From Bdellovibrionales bacterium (lineage in GTDB: Bacteria; Bdellovibrionota; Bdellovibrionia; Bdellovibrionales; JAGQZY01): a stretch of 64,000 nt of DNA. How positions within the stretch are numbered: position 1 is the first letter of the stretch; each line of letters opens with the position of its first letter. A program made the position numbers and the translations under genes. The stretch lies in assembly GCA_964230645.1 (NCBI GenBank), contig CAXRHT010000003.1:160001-224000 (forward strand), written 5' to 3'. This document shows positions 19,056 through 28,818 of this stretch, piece by piece. The notes below the pieces were generated by a model that worked only from the letters and a program-made list of their open reading frames with translations, searched no databases and was not told the origin of the DNA.

Positions 19056-20405
19056 ATGAATCAAGTTAGTCCAAAAAATCTCCATTTAATAAGTTTAGGA
19101 TGCCCAAAGAACCGTGTGGATGCGGAAATGATGTTGGGTCATATGCTCAAAGACGGATACCAAATCACCGAGAATTCCGAGGAAGCCGAAACAATCGTCA
19201 TAAACACATGTAGCTTTATCGATGAGGCTCAGCAAGAGTCCGTGCAAAAGATCTTAGAGGCCGCCGATCTTAAGCAAAAAGGAAAATTAAAAAACTTGGT
19301 GGTCACTGGTTGTTTGGTCCAAAGATACAAGGACGAACTTATTGATGAGCTTCCTGAAGTCGACGTTTTTATTGGTTCCGGAGAATTTCAGCACATTAAT
19401 AAAATTTTGAAAAATCCGGGTGAGAAAAAGGATTACTATCACCTGCCCACCTATCTGCAAGAAGATGACACCCCAAGGGTCAATTCAGAACCTTTTTACC
19501 GTGCTTACTTGAAAATCGCTGAAGGTTGCAAAAAACGCTGTTCTTTTTGTGCCATTCCTAAAATTCGAGGCAACCTGCAATCAAGAACAATTGAATCCAT
19601 TGTCAATGAAGCCAAGCTCCTAGTTGCTGGTGGGGTCAAAGAGGTCAATATCATCTCTCACGACTTTACTGATTATGGTTGGGATCTGCGCCGTAAAGAC
19701 AAAAAAGCTAAGGAATCACCGGCAGAGCTTCTTCGCGCCTTGTCCGATGTGAAAGGGCTGGAATGGATTCGAGTTCTTTATATGTATCCTGACGGTATCA
19801 ACGATGAGCTTTTGGATTTAATGGCTTCAAGAGAAAACCTCGTTCCCTATTTTGATATGCCGTTACAGCATATCAACGATGGAATGTTGAAAGCTATGAA
19901 TCGTAAAATGACCTGCGCTGAGATTCGCTTGGCTCTTAAAAAGATTCGAGAGAAAATTCCTGAAGCGGTGATTCGAACTCAATTTATTGTGGGCTTTCCC
20001 GGAGAAACAGAAGAAATCTTCCAAGAGCTTTTGGCTTTTATTGAAGAGCAGCAGTTTGATCGAGTGGGTTGCTTTATTTATTCCCCGCAAAAAGGAACCA
20101 GTGGTTTTCGAATGGAACAAACAGTTTCTGAGGACGACAAGCAGGACCGACATGATCGTCTTATGGAAATGCAAATGGAGATCAGCCGCGAAAAACATGA
20201 AGCTTTTGTTGGCCAAGTTCTCGAAGTTGTTGTTGATGGTGTGAGCGATGAAACGGACCTGTTACTACAGGGTCGAACCGCAACCCAGGCTCCAGAGATT
20301 GATGGCGTAGTCTTAATTAACGAGGGTGAGGCTAAGCCTGGTGACAAAGTGAAAGTAGAAATTACGGAAAGTCATGACTACGATTTGATTGGGCGAATTG
20401 TTTAA
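19056..20405 (+). CDS. rimO: Ribosomal protein S12 methylthiotransferase
   Basis: SLGCPKN, INTCSFI, radical-SAM CKKRCSFC and a TRAM domain with APEIDG. Confidence 0.95.
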   Translation: MNQVSPKNLHLISLGCPKNRVDAEMMLGHMLKDGYQITENSEEAETIVINTCSFIDEAQQESVQKILEAADLKQKGKLKNLVVTGCLVQRYKDELIDELPEVDVFIGSGEFQHINKILKNPGEKKDYYHLPTYLQEDDTPRVNSEPFYRAYLKIAEGCKKRCSFCAIPKIRGNLQSRTIESIVNEAKLLVAGGVKEVNIISHDFTDYGWDLRRKDKKAKESPAELLRALSDVKGLEWIRVLYMYPDGINDELLDLMASRENLVPYFDMPLQHINDGMLKAMNRKMTCAEIRLALKKIREKIPEAVIRTQFIVGFPGETEEIFQELLAFIEEQQFDRVGCFIYSPQKGTSGFRMEQTVSEDDKQDRHDRLMEMQMEISREKHEAFVGQVLEVVVDGVSDETDLLLQGRTATQAPEIDGVVLINEGEAKPGDKVKVEITESHDYDLIGRIV

Positions 20406-20518
20406 AAGCTTCATAGTTGAATTTGTCGATCCCCTCACACTATAAAAAATTTTAATGTCACTCTGTTGACAAGCGATGTTAATCCCTCCATCATATTAAA
20501 TATAGAGGAGATTCATCT

Positions 20519-20590
20519 GTGATTAATAGCATGTTATTCTTATTCGTATCCTCCGCGATGTTATTTTTCCTAGTAAACGTACTAGTTTAA
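20519..20590 (+). CDS. Candidate 23-aa hydrophobic small protein (not in the ORF track)
   Basis: AGAGGAG-N8-GTG gives MINSMLFLFVSSAMLFFLVNVLV*. TTGACA-N17-CATCAT upstream at 20466-20494. Confidence 0.5.
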   Translation: MINSMLFLFVSSAMLFFLVNVLV

Positions 20591-20726
20591 CGCGGCACAC
20601 AATACTTTCTTGGCAAATCATTCTTAATCTAAAGAAAACTTGTCATGCCTACCCTTTATTCATTAGACTCCGCCCCTAAACGACCAAGGTTTAACACTTT
20701 GAAACGTCAAAAAAATGGGGGGATAT

Positions 20727-21590
20727 ATGGGAAAATCAATATTATTGTTCACGGCAGTTTTTGCAATCGGGTTGCATAGTTTTGCTAACGAAAAGGCGAC
20801 TCAGGCTTATGAGGCCTATGAACAAAGAGATTACTCACAGGCTGGAACTAAAAAAGTGGAAGAGGCCATCGCACTTTTCTCAGAAGCCATAGATGCTGAG
20901 TCCGACCCGGCTCAAGTTCGTGAACTTAAAGTGGCTCAAACCTCGGCCTATTATTTTTTAGGTACTGCGATTAATGATAAAGATGGGCAACTGGCCGCTC
21001 ACGAAAGTGCTATGGCTATCGCAGACTCTTTGATGGAAGAGATGGGTGTCGATAGTGAACAAGCTCACGAGCTTAGCCAAAATGAAATCGCACAAATCAA
21101 AAACTCCTTAGATGAAAATGAAGAGCTCACACTTGCTGAGGCTATGTATTCAAAAGGCATTAGCTTAAGCCAGTGGGGAAAATTAAAAGGAATCTCTTCA
21201 TCAATTGGGCGCCTTCCGGAAGTTCTTGGTCTTATGGATCGTATAGAAATGATGGGTTATGAATCCATCCATGAGTATGGCCCTTATAGAACTATAGGGC
21301 GAATTAACTTTGTTCTCCCAAAATTATTTGGCGGCGATCTTAAAAAGTCAGAGCAGTATTTAAAAGATGCCTATAGAAATACGCTTCCCGACGGTGAGCA
21401 GTATAGCACCAATGGTTATAATAATATTTATCTCGCTGAAACTCTTCATAAGCTAGGTAAAGAAAACCAAGCCATCCGACTTCTTGAAACATTTGTCTCC
21501 GCTGATTTTTCCACTTTAGCTGATGGGAGTGAGCCAGAAAACCGTGAAGCTCTTCGAATTGCTGAAGAGCTTATTAAAGACTGGAAATAA
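20727..21590 (+). CDS. Secreted all-helical TPR-like protein resembling the TatT family
   Basis: Signal peptide (HSFA). GRINFVLPKLFGGDLKKSEQYL resembles the LP-xx-GG motif of TatT/TPR-like proteins. Confidence 0.6.
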   Translation: MGKSILLFTAVFAIGLHSFANEKATQAYEAYEQRDYSQAGTKKVEEAIALFSEAIDAESDPAQVRELKVAQTSAYYFLGTAINDKDGQLAAHESAMAIADSLMEEMGVDSEQAHELSQNEIAQIKNSLDENEELTLAEAMYSKGISLSQWGKLKGISSSIGRLPEVLGLMDRIEMMGYESIHEYGPYRTIGRINFVLPKLFGGDLKKSEQYLKDAYRNTLPDGEQYSTNGYNNIYLAETLHKLGKENQAIRLLETFVSADFSTLADGSEPENREALRIAEELIKDWK

Positions 21591-21595
21591 TTCCG

Positions 21596-22852
21596 GTGTT
21601 TCGGTTCATTTTAAAGGCATCGATCGCGATGCCTTTTCTTTTCCACTCCTTTGCTTGTTGGGGCGGGGGCTTAGCGGCTCCTTTTGCTATGGGCTCCACT
21701 GCCGTGCTTCCTAAAGGTGTTCGGAGCGTGAGGGTTAACGGCCTATCGACTACCGTTGATGGGTGGTATAACGACATTCAGGTAGACTCTGGGGTGGCCG
21801 AACCCTTCAATCAGCAATTATCCTATGGACGACTCCTTAAAGCTGAGAGCAATGAAAATTTGAAGCTCAATGTGGAGGCCCAACTTCGTAACAAAGGGGT
21901 CTCACTCGATACCATCGCTGGTAATAGCTATGCTGATATTAACACGCGAGTCTTTGTGACTCTTCCTGCTTTTGCCTATGGGGTGACAGACCGATTTACC
22001 CTGGCTCTGGCCGTTCCCATTGTCTATTCACACCTTGATGTGGAAACCGGTTTTGTGGGCTCTCCCCAGCTGCAACAATTGGTCACTGATTTTTCCCAGA
22101 AAAGCCGAAAGCAAACCAACCTTATCCAAAGTAAATTGAATGACGTTATCGCGACAGAACTAGCCAATAAAGGTTACAAACCTCTACGGGATCAAGAGCA
22201 AACCCAAGTGGGTGATTTACGGATTGTGGGGAAGTATCTTGGGTATCAAAGTATAAATTATTCCTGGGCGTTGACCTCGACCGTCACTGTTCCCACAGCT
22301 CACGTTCGCGATGTTAACAAAGTCGTTGATCCCACTCCGGGAGATGGTCAATGGGACTTGGGACTTGTTAGTACCTTCAACATACCCCTCAACGCCCAGT
22401 TTAGTATTATTAATCAGACCGGTTATATTGTTCAGTTCGCTGACGTAAGAGAGACAAGAATCCCCATTTCCGAGGAGGAAAGATTATCGAGAGATATCGA
22501 TTACGGGGCTAACCGTGATTTGGGTGACCAGATGTTTACCTCTTTAGGATTAATGATGAGTGATGCTTCAAGTGTCTTTGGATTCGGAGGAGCCTATACT
22601 TTTGCTTACAAACAAAGAGATGTCTGGACGGGGACAAATGCCAGTGCTGACCGCTACAGAGCCTTGGGTGTGGAAACCGAGCAAGTCATGCACGCGGCCT
22701 ACGTCCAAATGAGCCTATCTTCTATCAATCTGTATAAACGAAAAAAATTCCCACTTCCACTATTGACCACTTTAGGAGTGGGGCAAGCTTTTGCGGGCAG
22801 AAATGTTCGCAATGATCCCCTCTGGTCTCTTAATATGACCGCCTTTTTCTAG
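21596..22852 (+). CDS. Putative outer-membrane beta-barrel transporter (MetA-pathway/phenol-degradation-like)
   Basis: Signal-like N-terminus, YGVTDRF, VGDLRI and GDGQWDLG motifs, amphipathic strands, C-terminal Phe. Confidence 0.6.
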   Translation: MFRFILKASIAMPFLFHSFACWGGGLAAPFAMGSTAVLPKGVRSVRVNGLSTTVDGWYNDIQVDSGVAEPFNQQLSYGRLLKAESNENLKLNVEAQLRNKGVSLDTIAGNSYADINTRVFVTLPAFAYGVTDRFTLALAVPIVYSHLDVETGFVGSPQLQQLVTDFSQKSRKQTNLIQSKLNDVIATELANKGYKPLRDQEQTQVGDLRIVGKYLGYQSINYSWALTSTVTVPTAHVRDVNKVVDPTPGDGQWDLGLVSTFNIPLNAQFSIINQTGYIVQFADVRETRIPISEEERLSRDIDYGANRDLGDQMFTSLGLMMSDASSVFGFGGAYTFAYKQRDVWTGTNASADRYRALGVETEQVMHAAYVQMSLSSINLYKRKKFPLPLLTTLGVGQAFAGRNVRNDPLWSLNMTAFF

Positions 22853-22861
22853 GAGTGTAGA

Positions 22862-23884
22862 ATGAAAAGAATTTTATTGCTCGTTTTGTTTCCTTATTTG
22901 AGCTCTTGCTCCCTTGAGGTAAAAAAAGCTGTGGCTCCTTCTGATCCTCCTCAAGTTGAGAAAAGTGTTTTTTCTGCCTCTCAGATTCGTGGTCATTTTG
23001 TAACTGACGGTTCTCCGAAAATGTTTATGTGGCCCATCTATAAAACGGATGAACAGACAAATCAGTTGGTCCCAATGAGCTTTTCAGAGAAGGTGAAAAC
23101 CCGTCAGGTAATTACAGCCTATAGCGAGGATGTAGAACTTTACACTCAGAAATTTACCCAACTTGAAGTTGAGATCAACAAGAAGTACGACAAGCTTTTG
23201 GTGGATCTGGAAAATGAATTCAAGCAAAAGCAGTGCTACAGTTTTTGTGACCCGGAGATTAGTCTTTTTTGTGACCCAAGTGATGATTCTGTACTGAGTG
23301 TGGATGATTGGGTTGTTGGAGAAACACCAGAGGAACAAGCCATCATTGCTCAGTGCCAAGAAAACCAGACTCAAAGAGAAAACATAGATGATGAAAAAGA
23401 GGATGAAATCGATGAGAAGGTTGAACCTTTGAGACAAAAAGCAGGGCAGGCAGCCCTAGCTCTTCTGCAGACTGTGGGAGATAGAAACTACTTTACTGAG
23501 ATTACGTCTTTTGAACTTTTTTATGGGCCCATTCAATGCATTAAGAATGAAGGCTGTGAAACGGCCGAGGGTGCAGAGGACCGTACTTTTGCACGAATTG
23601 AGTTTGGTTCTACGGTTCTGAACAATTTTAAAAATAATGACGAGGCTTTAAAACTTGAAAATCTCAGTCTTGATGCTTCTAATGGATTTTTGCAATTCAC
23701 CACGCCTTTGCTTGATTTTGAAAATGACAATAGTGTCTACGGGGAAATTTTTTACGATCTGGAGTTCATTGAAACCGATCAGGGAGTGTTGAGGCTTGAT
23801 GGAGATATTCGAGTTAAAGACTTTTCAACGGGTGAAGAACGCATCGGTCGGTTCTCTTCCAGTGGGTCTGTGCAAAAGCCATGA
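22862..23884 (+). CDS. Hypothetical acidic lipoprotein
   Basis: Lipobox LSSC, coiled-coil middle with Cys pairs, beta-rich C-terminus. AGGAG SD. Confidence 0.75.
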   Translation: MKRILLLVLFPYLSSCSLEVKKAVAPSDPPQVEKSVFSASQIRGHFVTDGSPKMFMWPIYKTDEQTNQLVPMSFSEKVKTRQVITAYSEDVELYTQKFTQLEVEINKKYDKLLVDLENEFKQKQCYSFCDPEISLFCDPSDDSVLSVDDWVVGETPEEQAIIAQCQENQTQRENIDDEKEDEIDEKVEPLRQKAGQAALALLQTVGDRNYFTEITSFELFYGPIQCIKNEGCETAEGAEDRTFARIEFGSTVLNNFKNNDEALKLENLSLDASNGFLQFTTPLLDFENDNSVYGEIFYDLEFIETDQGVLRLDGDIRVKDFSTGEERIGRFSSSGSVQKP

Positions 23885-24258
23885 ATATACTAGTCAACTT
23901 ACTTGTCGGATTGATAGCTCTTCAGCATATCGCCTTTCTGGTACTGGAAATGTTTTTGTGGGAAAAGCCCATTGGTCTTAAGGTTTTTAGAATGACGCCC
24001 GAGGTGGCAAAAGTGACAGCGCCTCTTGCTGCAAACCAGGGACTTTATAACGGTTTTCTGGCAGCGGGGCTTTTGTGGTCACTGTTTGCTAATCCAGATC
24101 AATTTTCTCACTCCCTCAAGTTATTCTTTGTCGGGTGTGTCTTAGTAGCGGGTCTTTATGGATGGTATTCCGTTAGTCGGAATATACTTTTTGTCCAAGC
24201 TCTTCCTGCGGCTTTGACTCTTGTTTTGCTAATAGTGAAAACAAAAACTTTTACATAG
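23881..24258 (+). CDS. DUF1304 family membrane protein
   Basis: LEMFLW, ANQGLYNGFLAAG and VQALPA. Confidence 0.85.
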   Translation: MNILVNLLVGLIALQHIAFLVLEMFLWEKPIGLKVFRMTPEVAKVTAPLAANQGLYNGFLAAGLLWSLFANPDQFSHSLKLFFVGCVLVAGLYGWYSVSRNILFVQALPAALTLVLLIVKTKTFT

Positions 24259-24772
24259 AGAAGGTGTAAATTTCAGAGTAATTTCGTCCCTTTTCTTCGG
24301 AGTCCATTCCGTAACCAACAACATAACGGTCATCAATTGTAATTCCAGTGTAGTCGGGTTTTAGAGGGATCTCACGTCGAGCTGGTTTATCAAGAAGAGT
24401 GACTACTCTCAGTGAGGCCGGGCGGTTGGCGGACAGACGTTTCAACAGGAAACTAAGAGTTTTACCAGCATCGATAATTTCCTCGATCACAAGAACATGC
24501 TTGCCAGTGATATTTGTCTCGATATCTTTTCGAATCTCAATCGCTTCTCCACTCTTCATGGACTTCAAGTACACGTAATCCATGACAGTGCCAGGGAGGT
24601 TCATCTTACGGGCAAGATCGGCCATAAAGATAAAAGAGCCTTTCAGGGGTGCGACAAGAACCACCTCTTTGCCGTGGTAGTCAATTTCAAGCTCTTTAGC
24701 GATTCGCTCAACGGCTTCGTCGACTTCTTGCTTGGTAATGTACTGATTCATGTCTTCTTTCATTTGTCCCAT
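24251..24772 (-). CDS. hpt: Hypoxanthine phosphoribosyltransferase
   Basis: LKGSFIFMADL, PRPP loop VIEEIIDAGKT, LLDK and VVGYGMD. Confidence 0.9.
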   Translation of the reverse strand: MGQMKEDMNQYITKQEVDEAVERIAKELEIDYHGKEVVLVAPLKGSFIFMADLARKMNLPGTVMDYVYLKSMKSGEAIEIRKDIETNITGKHVLVIEEIIDAGKTLSFLLKRLSANRPASLRVVTLLDKPARREIPLKPDYTGITIDDRYVVGYGMDSEEKGRNYSEIYTFSM

Positions 24773-24786
24773 CTTTCTTCCTTTAA

Positions 24787-25503
24787 TCAGATATACACTT
24801 CTCTTTGGCTATGGTTCAGGTGGCTTTTAGCCTCATCATTCTGCGGGTCTTGAGAGAGCACTTTCTCCCAGTACTCTTCTGCCTTCGAGTGACTTCCTAA
24901 TTGATAATGAATTTGGGCGATTTTGAGCAACAGATCAACATGGTAGGGATTTTTGGCCTCGACAGCCTCGGCTTCCCTTAGGGCGCGGCTCAGTAGTTTC
25001 ATACTAATCAAAGAGTCCACAGCCTTAAGTTTATATTTTATATGATGCTTAGAGAAGTCGGCGGCTCGATTGTAATTCTCTAAAGCCTCTTCGAAGCGCT
25101 TGTAGAGGAAGTAAAGGTCAGCTAATTCCTCATGTTTCTGTGCGAGCTTTTCGTTCACATAGGGTTCGGAGCCAGAGCTGTCCTTTTGCTTCATAAGCGC
25201 ATAAGCTTCTTCAAAAACCCGTTTGCCTTCACCATATTTTCCAAGATCATTTAAGATAATTGAGAGGCCGATGGAAGAATCAGTAAAATTGGGGTCGATT
25301 TCTAAGGAGCGCTTAAAAGAGGCCAGAGCTTTTTTAAGCTGACCCTTTTCAAAATAAAGAGTACCAGCCATATAATGAACTTCAGGATTTTTATCGTCCA
25401 CAATCATAAGTTGCTGAACCATCGGTTCAACAATTTTATAGTGTCCTTCGTTGAAGTACTCTTTGGCTGCGTGAAAGAGCTCTTCAGGATCTTGCCTGGC
25501 CAT
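24787..25503 (-). CDS. Tetratricopeptide-repeat protein
   Basis: Multiple TPR units (A...F...LEIDPN; AEEYWEKVLSQDPQN). The start overlaps the bamD stop. Confidence 0.85.
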   Translation of the reverse strand: MARQDPEELFHAAKEYFNEGHYKIVEPMVQQLMIVDDKNPEVHYMAGTLYFEKGQLKKALASFKRSLEIDPNFTDSSIGLSIILNDLGKYGEGKRVFEEAYALMKQKDSSGSEPYVNEKLAQKHEELADLYFLYKRFEEALENYNRAADFSKHHIKYKLKAVDSLISMKLLSRALREAEAVEAKNPYHVDLLLKIAQIHYQLGSHSKAEEYWEKVLSQDPQNDEAKSHLNHSQREVYI

Positions 25504-26237
25504 CAAAATATTCCTTTAGCTCGTTTTGCTTCTCGGCTATCAGGATACTCTTTGATCAGCGTTCGAAACAATTCATTTCTTTTGGATTGTTCCCCTTGTT
25601 TCTCCGCCGCTAAACCCGCACGGTAAAAGGCATGAGGACGGTCTTTGTGGGTGGGGAACTCTTTTAAATATTTTTGATAGCGCACAAGAGCGTGAAGAAA
25701 TTCGTCGGTGCGAAAATAAAAATCGGCGATATAAAGCTCTTTCTCGGCAAGTTTTCCAATGGTTTTTGTTCGCATCTTCTCGGCTTCTTTGGCGTACTCA
25801 GAACCAGGATAATCTCTTAGGAGAACATTAAATTCCTTGATAGCCGCTGGAGCGGCAGAGAGATCTCGATCGATGGTTGAGGGAAGTTGGTTGTAGATGC
25901 TCTCACCGATCTTGAAAGTGACATAATCAATTTTTGGATTTTTGGGGTGGAGCTCCTTAAAAAGCTGATAGGCTCCTTGAGCTTCAACGAAGGCCTCTTT
26001 TTTGAAATGAATTTCCGCAATCCGAAGCTCCGCCTCAGTGGCATATTTACTGTAAGGGTAGCGGTTTTTTACGTCGCGGTACTGCATGAGGGCTTCTTCA
26101 AAACGCTCGTCATCTTCCAGTTGCCGAGCCAGCCCAAAGGAGCCCTCAGCCGTTGAGGTGTCATACTTATCGTAGGATACGCAAGCGGAAACAAAAAACA
26201 TCAATAATAATAGGTATTTACTAGTCATTTCGCTCAC
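25503..26237 (-). CDS. bamD: Outer-membrane protein assembly factor BamD
   Basis: Lipobox VSAC, YPYSKYA, LHP, DRD, YPGSEYA and LAEKELYIADFY. The start may be ATG 26228. Confidence 0.9.
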   Translation of the reverse strand: MSEMTSKYLLLLMFFVSACVSYDKYDTSTAEGSFGLARQLEDDERFEEALMQYRDVKNRYPYSKYATEAELRIAEIHFKKEAFVEAQGAYQLFKELHPKNPKIDYVTFKIGESIYNQLPSTIDRDLSAAPAAIKEFNVLLRDYPGSEYAKEAEKMRTKTIGKLAEKELYIADFYFRTDEFLHALVRYQKYLKEFPTHKDRPHAFYRAGLAAEKQGEQSKRNELFRTLIKEYPDSREAKRAKGIF

Positions 26238-26333
26238 CAGTTTATGGTTTCATGGGGGGGATGTCAATTGCGGAGATGCCTGGATTTTCAACCCAAGCTT
26301 GGCAGCGGAATCAAAGATATTATCCGTAAGTGT

Positions 26334-27392
26334 TTAGAGCCGTCGCCTCGCCGTGGATTGATGGTAAAAGGTTGTGAATAGAAGCTTAAGTAGGCTAGCC
26401 ACTGGAATAGAGATGATCATCCCTAAAACACCCAGCAGTTGGGCTCCCAAAATAATAACCACAATCACGGTCACCGGGTGGAGGTCCACAATCTTTGCCA
26501 CCACCACCGGAATAATAACCACGGCATCTAGAATATGGGCACTTAGATAGACGATAGAGACAGCCAAAATATTTGCACTCATGGAGCCAAAGATAATATC
26601 TGAATTAACAAAAAGTATGATGAAGGCGGGAATAGCACCGAACACGGGGCCGATATAAGGGATCAAATTGGTGATTGCTGCAAATAGTGCCAAGAGTGGA
26701 GCATAAGGAAAGCCAATAATGATAAGTCCGATCCAAGTCACTAGGCCAACAATTAAGGCTTCAGCCAAACGGGCACGAATAAAGCTGCCCACTTGATCAT
26801 TCATTTCGTAGAGAAGTTTGAGTGAAGTTTCAAAAAAACGGTTGGGTATAAGCTCAAGCATTTGGCGCTTTATTTGCGAACCATCTCTAAGCATAAAGAA
26901 TGCAAGGAAAGGGGTCAGGAAAAAGATAGTTAAAGAATCAGAAACCCATTTGGGAATGAGGCTTGTATACTCACTGGTTTGATTAATCATCCAGCTGCGA
27001 AGATTGTCTCGAAAAAGGGGACTATCGAAATGGAAAACTTTCTGAATTTTATTTTCAACCTTACTGACGAGATTTAAGACTCCCACTTGGAGGTCAGGAA
27101 GCTCTTTTTCTAAAAGAGCCAGTTGATCAATAAGCATAGGAACAAAAATAGAAAAAAGGGCAACGACTAGGACAGTGTTAAGCGCATATATAGTGAAGAT
27201 AGCGAGAGTTCGATTAATGCCACGACGCTCACAAAGATAAACGAAAGGGGATAAAAGGTAGTAAACGACAAAGGCGAGAACACAGGAGATGAGTAAATTT
27301 TCAACATAGAAAATAAGATAAAGGCCAACTCCGGCAAAGAGGCTTAAAATAAGAACGCGAAGAGTTTCACGAGGTAAAATGTTTTTCTTCAC
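26334..27392 (-). CDS. AI-2E (UPF0118/PerM) family transporter
   Basis: Multi-TM protein with NLIPYIG and DLHPVTVI...GMIISIP. Confidence 0.9.
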   Translation of the reverse strand: MKKNILPRETLRVLILSLFAGVGLYLIFYVENLLISCVLAFVVYYLLSPFVYLCERRGINRTLAIFTIYALNTVLVVALFSIFVPMLIDQLALLEKELPDLQVGVLNLVSKVENKIQKVFHFDSPLFRDNLRSWMINQTSEYTSLIPKWVSDSLTIFFLTPFLAFFMLRDGSQIKRQMLELIPNRFFETSLKLLYEMNDQVGSFIRARLAEALIVGLVTWIGLIIIGFPYAPLLALFAAITNLIPYIGPVFGAIPAFIILFVNSDIIFGSMSANILAVSIVYLSAHILDAVVIIPVVVAKIVDLHPVTVIVVIILGAQLLGVLGMIISIPVASLLKLLFTTFYHQSTARRRL

Positions 27393-27951
27393 TACCTTTT
27401 CCTTTTTGGCTTTTCTTAATAGAGTTCAGCTCGATGACTAAGTCAGTCACTTTCTCTGTGGTCTCCCGCAGTCGCTTTCCAAGAATCTCTGCTAGACGAA
27501 GACTAATCTTGTTTCCTGTTAGAGGGTTACGCTGAATAATCTGCATGAGGTCAGGTTTAAAAAAACCGATAAGAGTTGAGCGATTTATTGAAACAGCTGT
27601 GGCTGAGCGATAACTGGGTTCTTCAATGAGAGACAATTCACCAAAAAAGTCACCTTTTTCAAGGCGAGTAATAAAGATGTCTTCGTGGTCTGGACTATTC
27701 ACCTCAAAGGAGGGATCGTGCATAATAATATCAACACTTCCATTGAAGATAAGATACATTCCGACCCCTTGATCTCCTTGTTTGAAAATCTTTTCGCCAG
27801 GCTCAAAATAACGAACGTGAACGATATGCGCCAAAAATTCCATCTCAGAGGAGTTAAGGTCTTTAAACAGAAATGAATTTTTCAAAAAATTAAGAACATT
27901 ATTTTCATCACTTTTTTTCTTGAGAACATTCTCCCATAAATACTGAATCAT
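27367..27951 (-). CDS. Stand-alone cyclic-nucleotide-binding domain protein
   Basis: IFKQGDQG and GDFFGELSL...RSATA phosphate-binding cassette. No HTH. Confidence 0.88.
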   Translation of the reverse strand: MIQYLWENVLKKKSDENNVLNFLKNSFLFKDLNSSEMEFLAHIVHVRYFEPGEKIFKQGDQGVGMYLIFNGSVDIIMHDPSFEVNSPDHEDIFITRLEKGDFFGELSLIEEPSYRSATAVSINRSTLIGFFKPDLMQIIQRNPLTGNKISLRLAEILGKRLRETTEKVTDLVIELNSIKKSQKGKGSEEKHFTS

Positions 27952-28703
27952 TCATTCCCCTTAAATACGATCAATGTTTGCATTGGGACCCATCCGGGCG
28001 CGCCACTTAACGAGCGAATCTGTGCCCATTCTCCGAGAACCTTTTCGACCACGACAATTTGTCCCTCATACAGTTCAGAAAGAGTGGGTGAGGTCTCAGA
28101 TGGGCTGATATGGCTTTGAAGATTCTGGCTAATAACGGTCGCCTTTTGTTCATAGGTTTTCGTGGCGAGATAAACAGAAAACCCGAGTGCGACTAAAAAA
28201 AGAGGAAAGCTCAAGTGCAGCCAAACAGGCCAATGGGTGATGGAGATTTGCCGTTTGACGCCGTACTCCACGGAACCGAAAGCCCAAATGATAAAAAATA
28301 GAAAGCCAAGACCGAGCCATAAATGCAGGGAAAGGGCGGAGAGATAGTTAAAGATCACTGCATACACAGGAGGAGAGGAACGTTCTGGGAAGTGCTTTTC
28401 TTCAGCAAAACGAATGGCACTTCGAGCCGGTTGAAAATTTGGGTCGAAAGATCTTGCTTTGCGCCATAGCCCAAGTGCCAATCCGATTTCTCCTTTTTCA
28501 TATCGGACCCGTCCTAGGTTATAGAGCACCGCGGGATTTTGTGGCTCTTTTTCTAGAAGTTGTTCAAAAGCACCGATCGCTTTGTCGTATTGATTGTTTT
28601 CAAAAGCCGCTACGGCCTCAAGAAATTGCGGCTGAGCCTCGGTTTGCGCAAAGAGGGGTGAGATACAGAAAAAACATAGAATTTGAAAGAAGATCATGGC
28701 CAT
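27948..28703 (-). CDS. BatE-like TPR + TM + SH3 domain protein
   Basis: Signal peptide, TPR (LYNLG), two TM helices and an SH3b-like C-terminus (GEWAQI...GWVP). Start uncertain (28703 or 28748). Confidence 0.75.
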   Translation of the reverse strand: MAMIFFQILCFFCISPLFAQTEAQPQFLEAVAAFENNQYDKAIGAFEQLLEKEPQNPAVLYNLGRVRYEKGEIGLALGLWRKARSFDPNFQPARSAIRFAEEKHFPERSSPPVYAVIFNYLSALSLHLWLGLGFLFFIIWAFGSVEYGVKRQISITHWPVWLHLSFPLFLVALGFSVYLATKTYEQKATVISQNLQSHISPSETSPTLSELYEGQIVVVEKVLGEWAQIRSLSGAPGWVPMQTLIVFKGNE

Positions 28704-28818
28704 TAGTTTAACCTGAAAATAGAAATAAGATAAAGTGCTCCCGCCCATAAATTTGTCATTTCCTAGGACAAAATTCCTACAACATGGTATTGAGTAGTTT
28801 AGCCAAAGGGAAGGTTTT

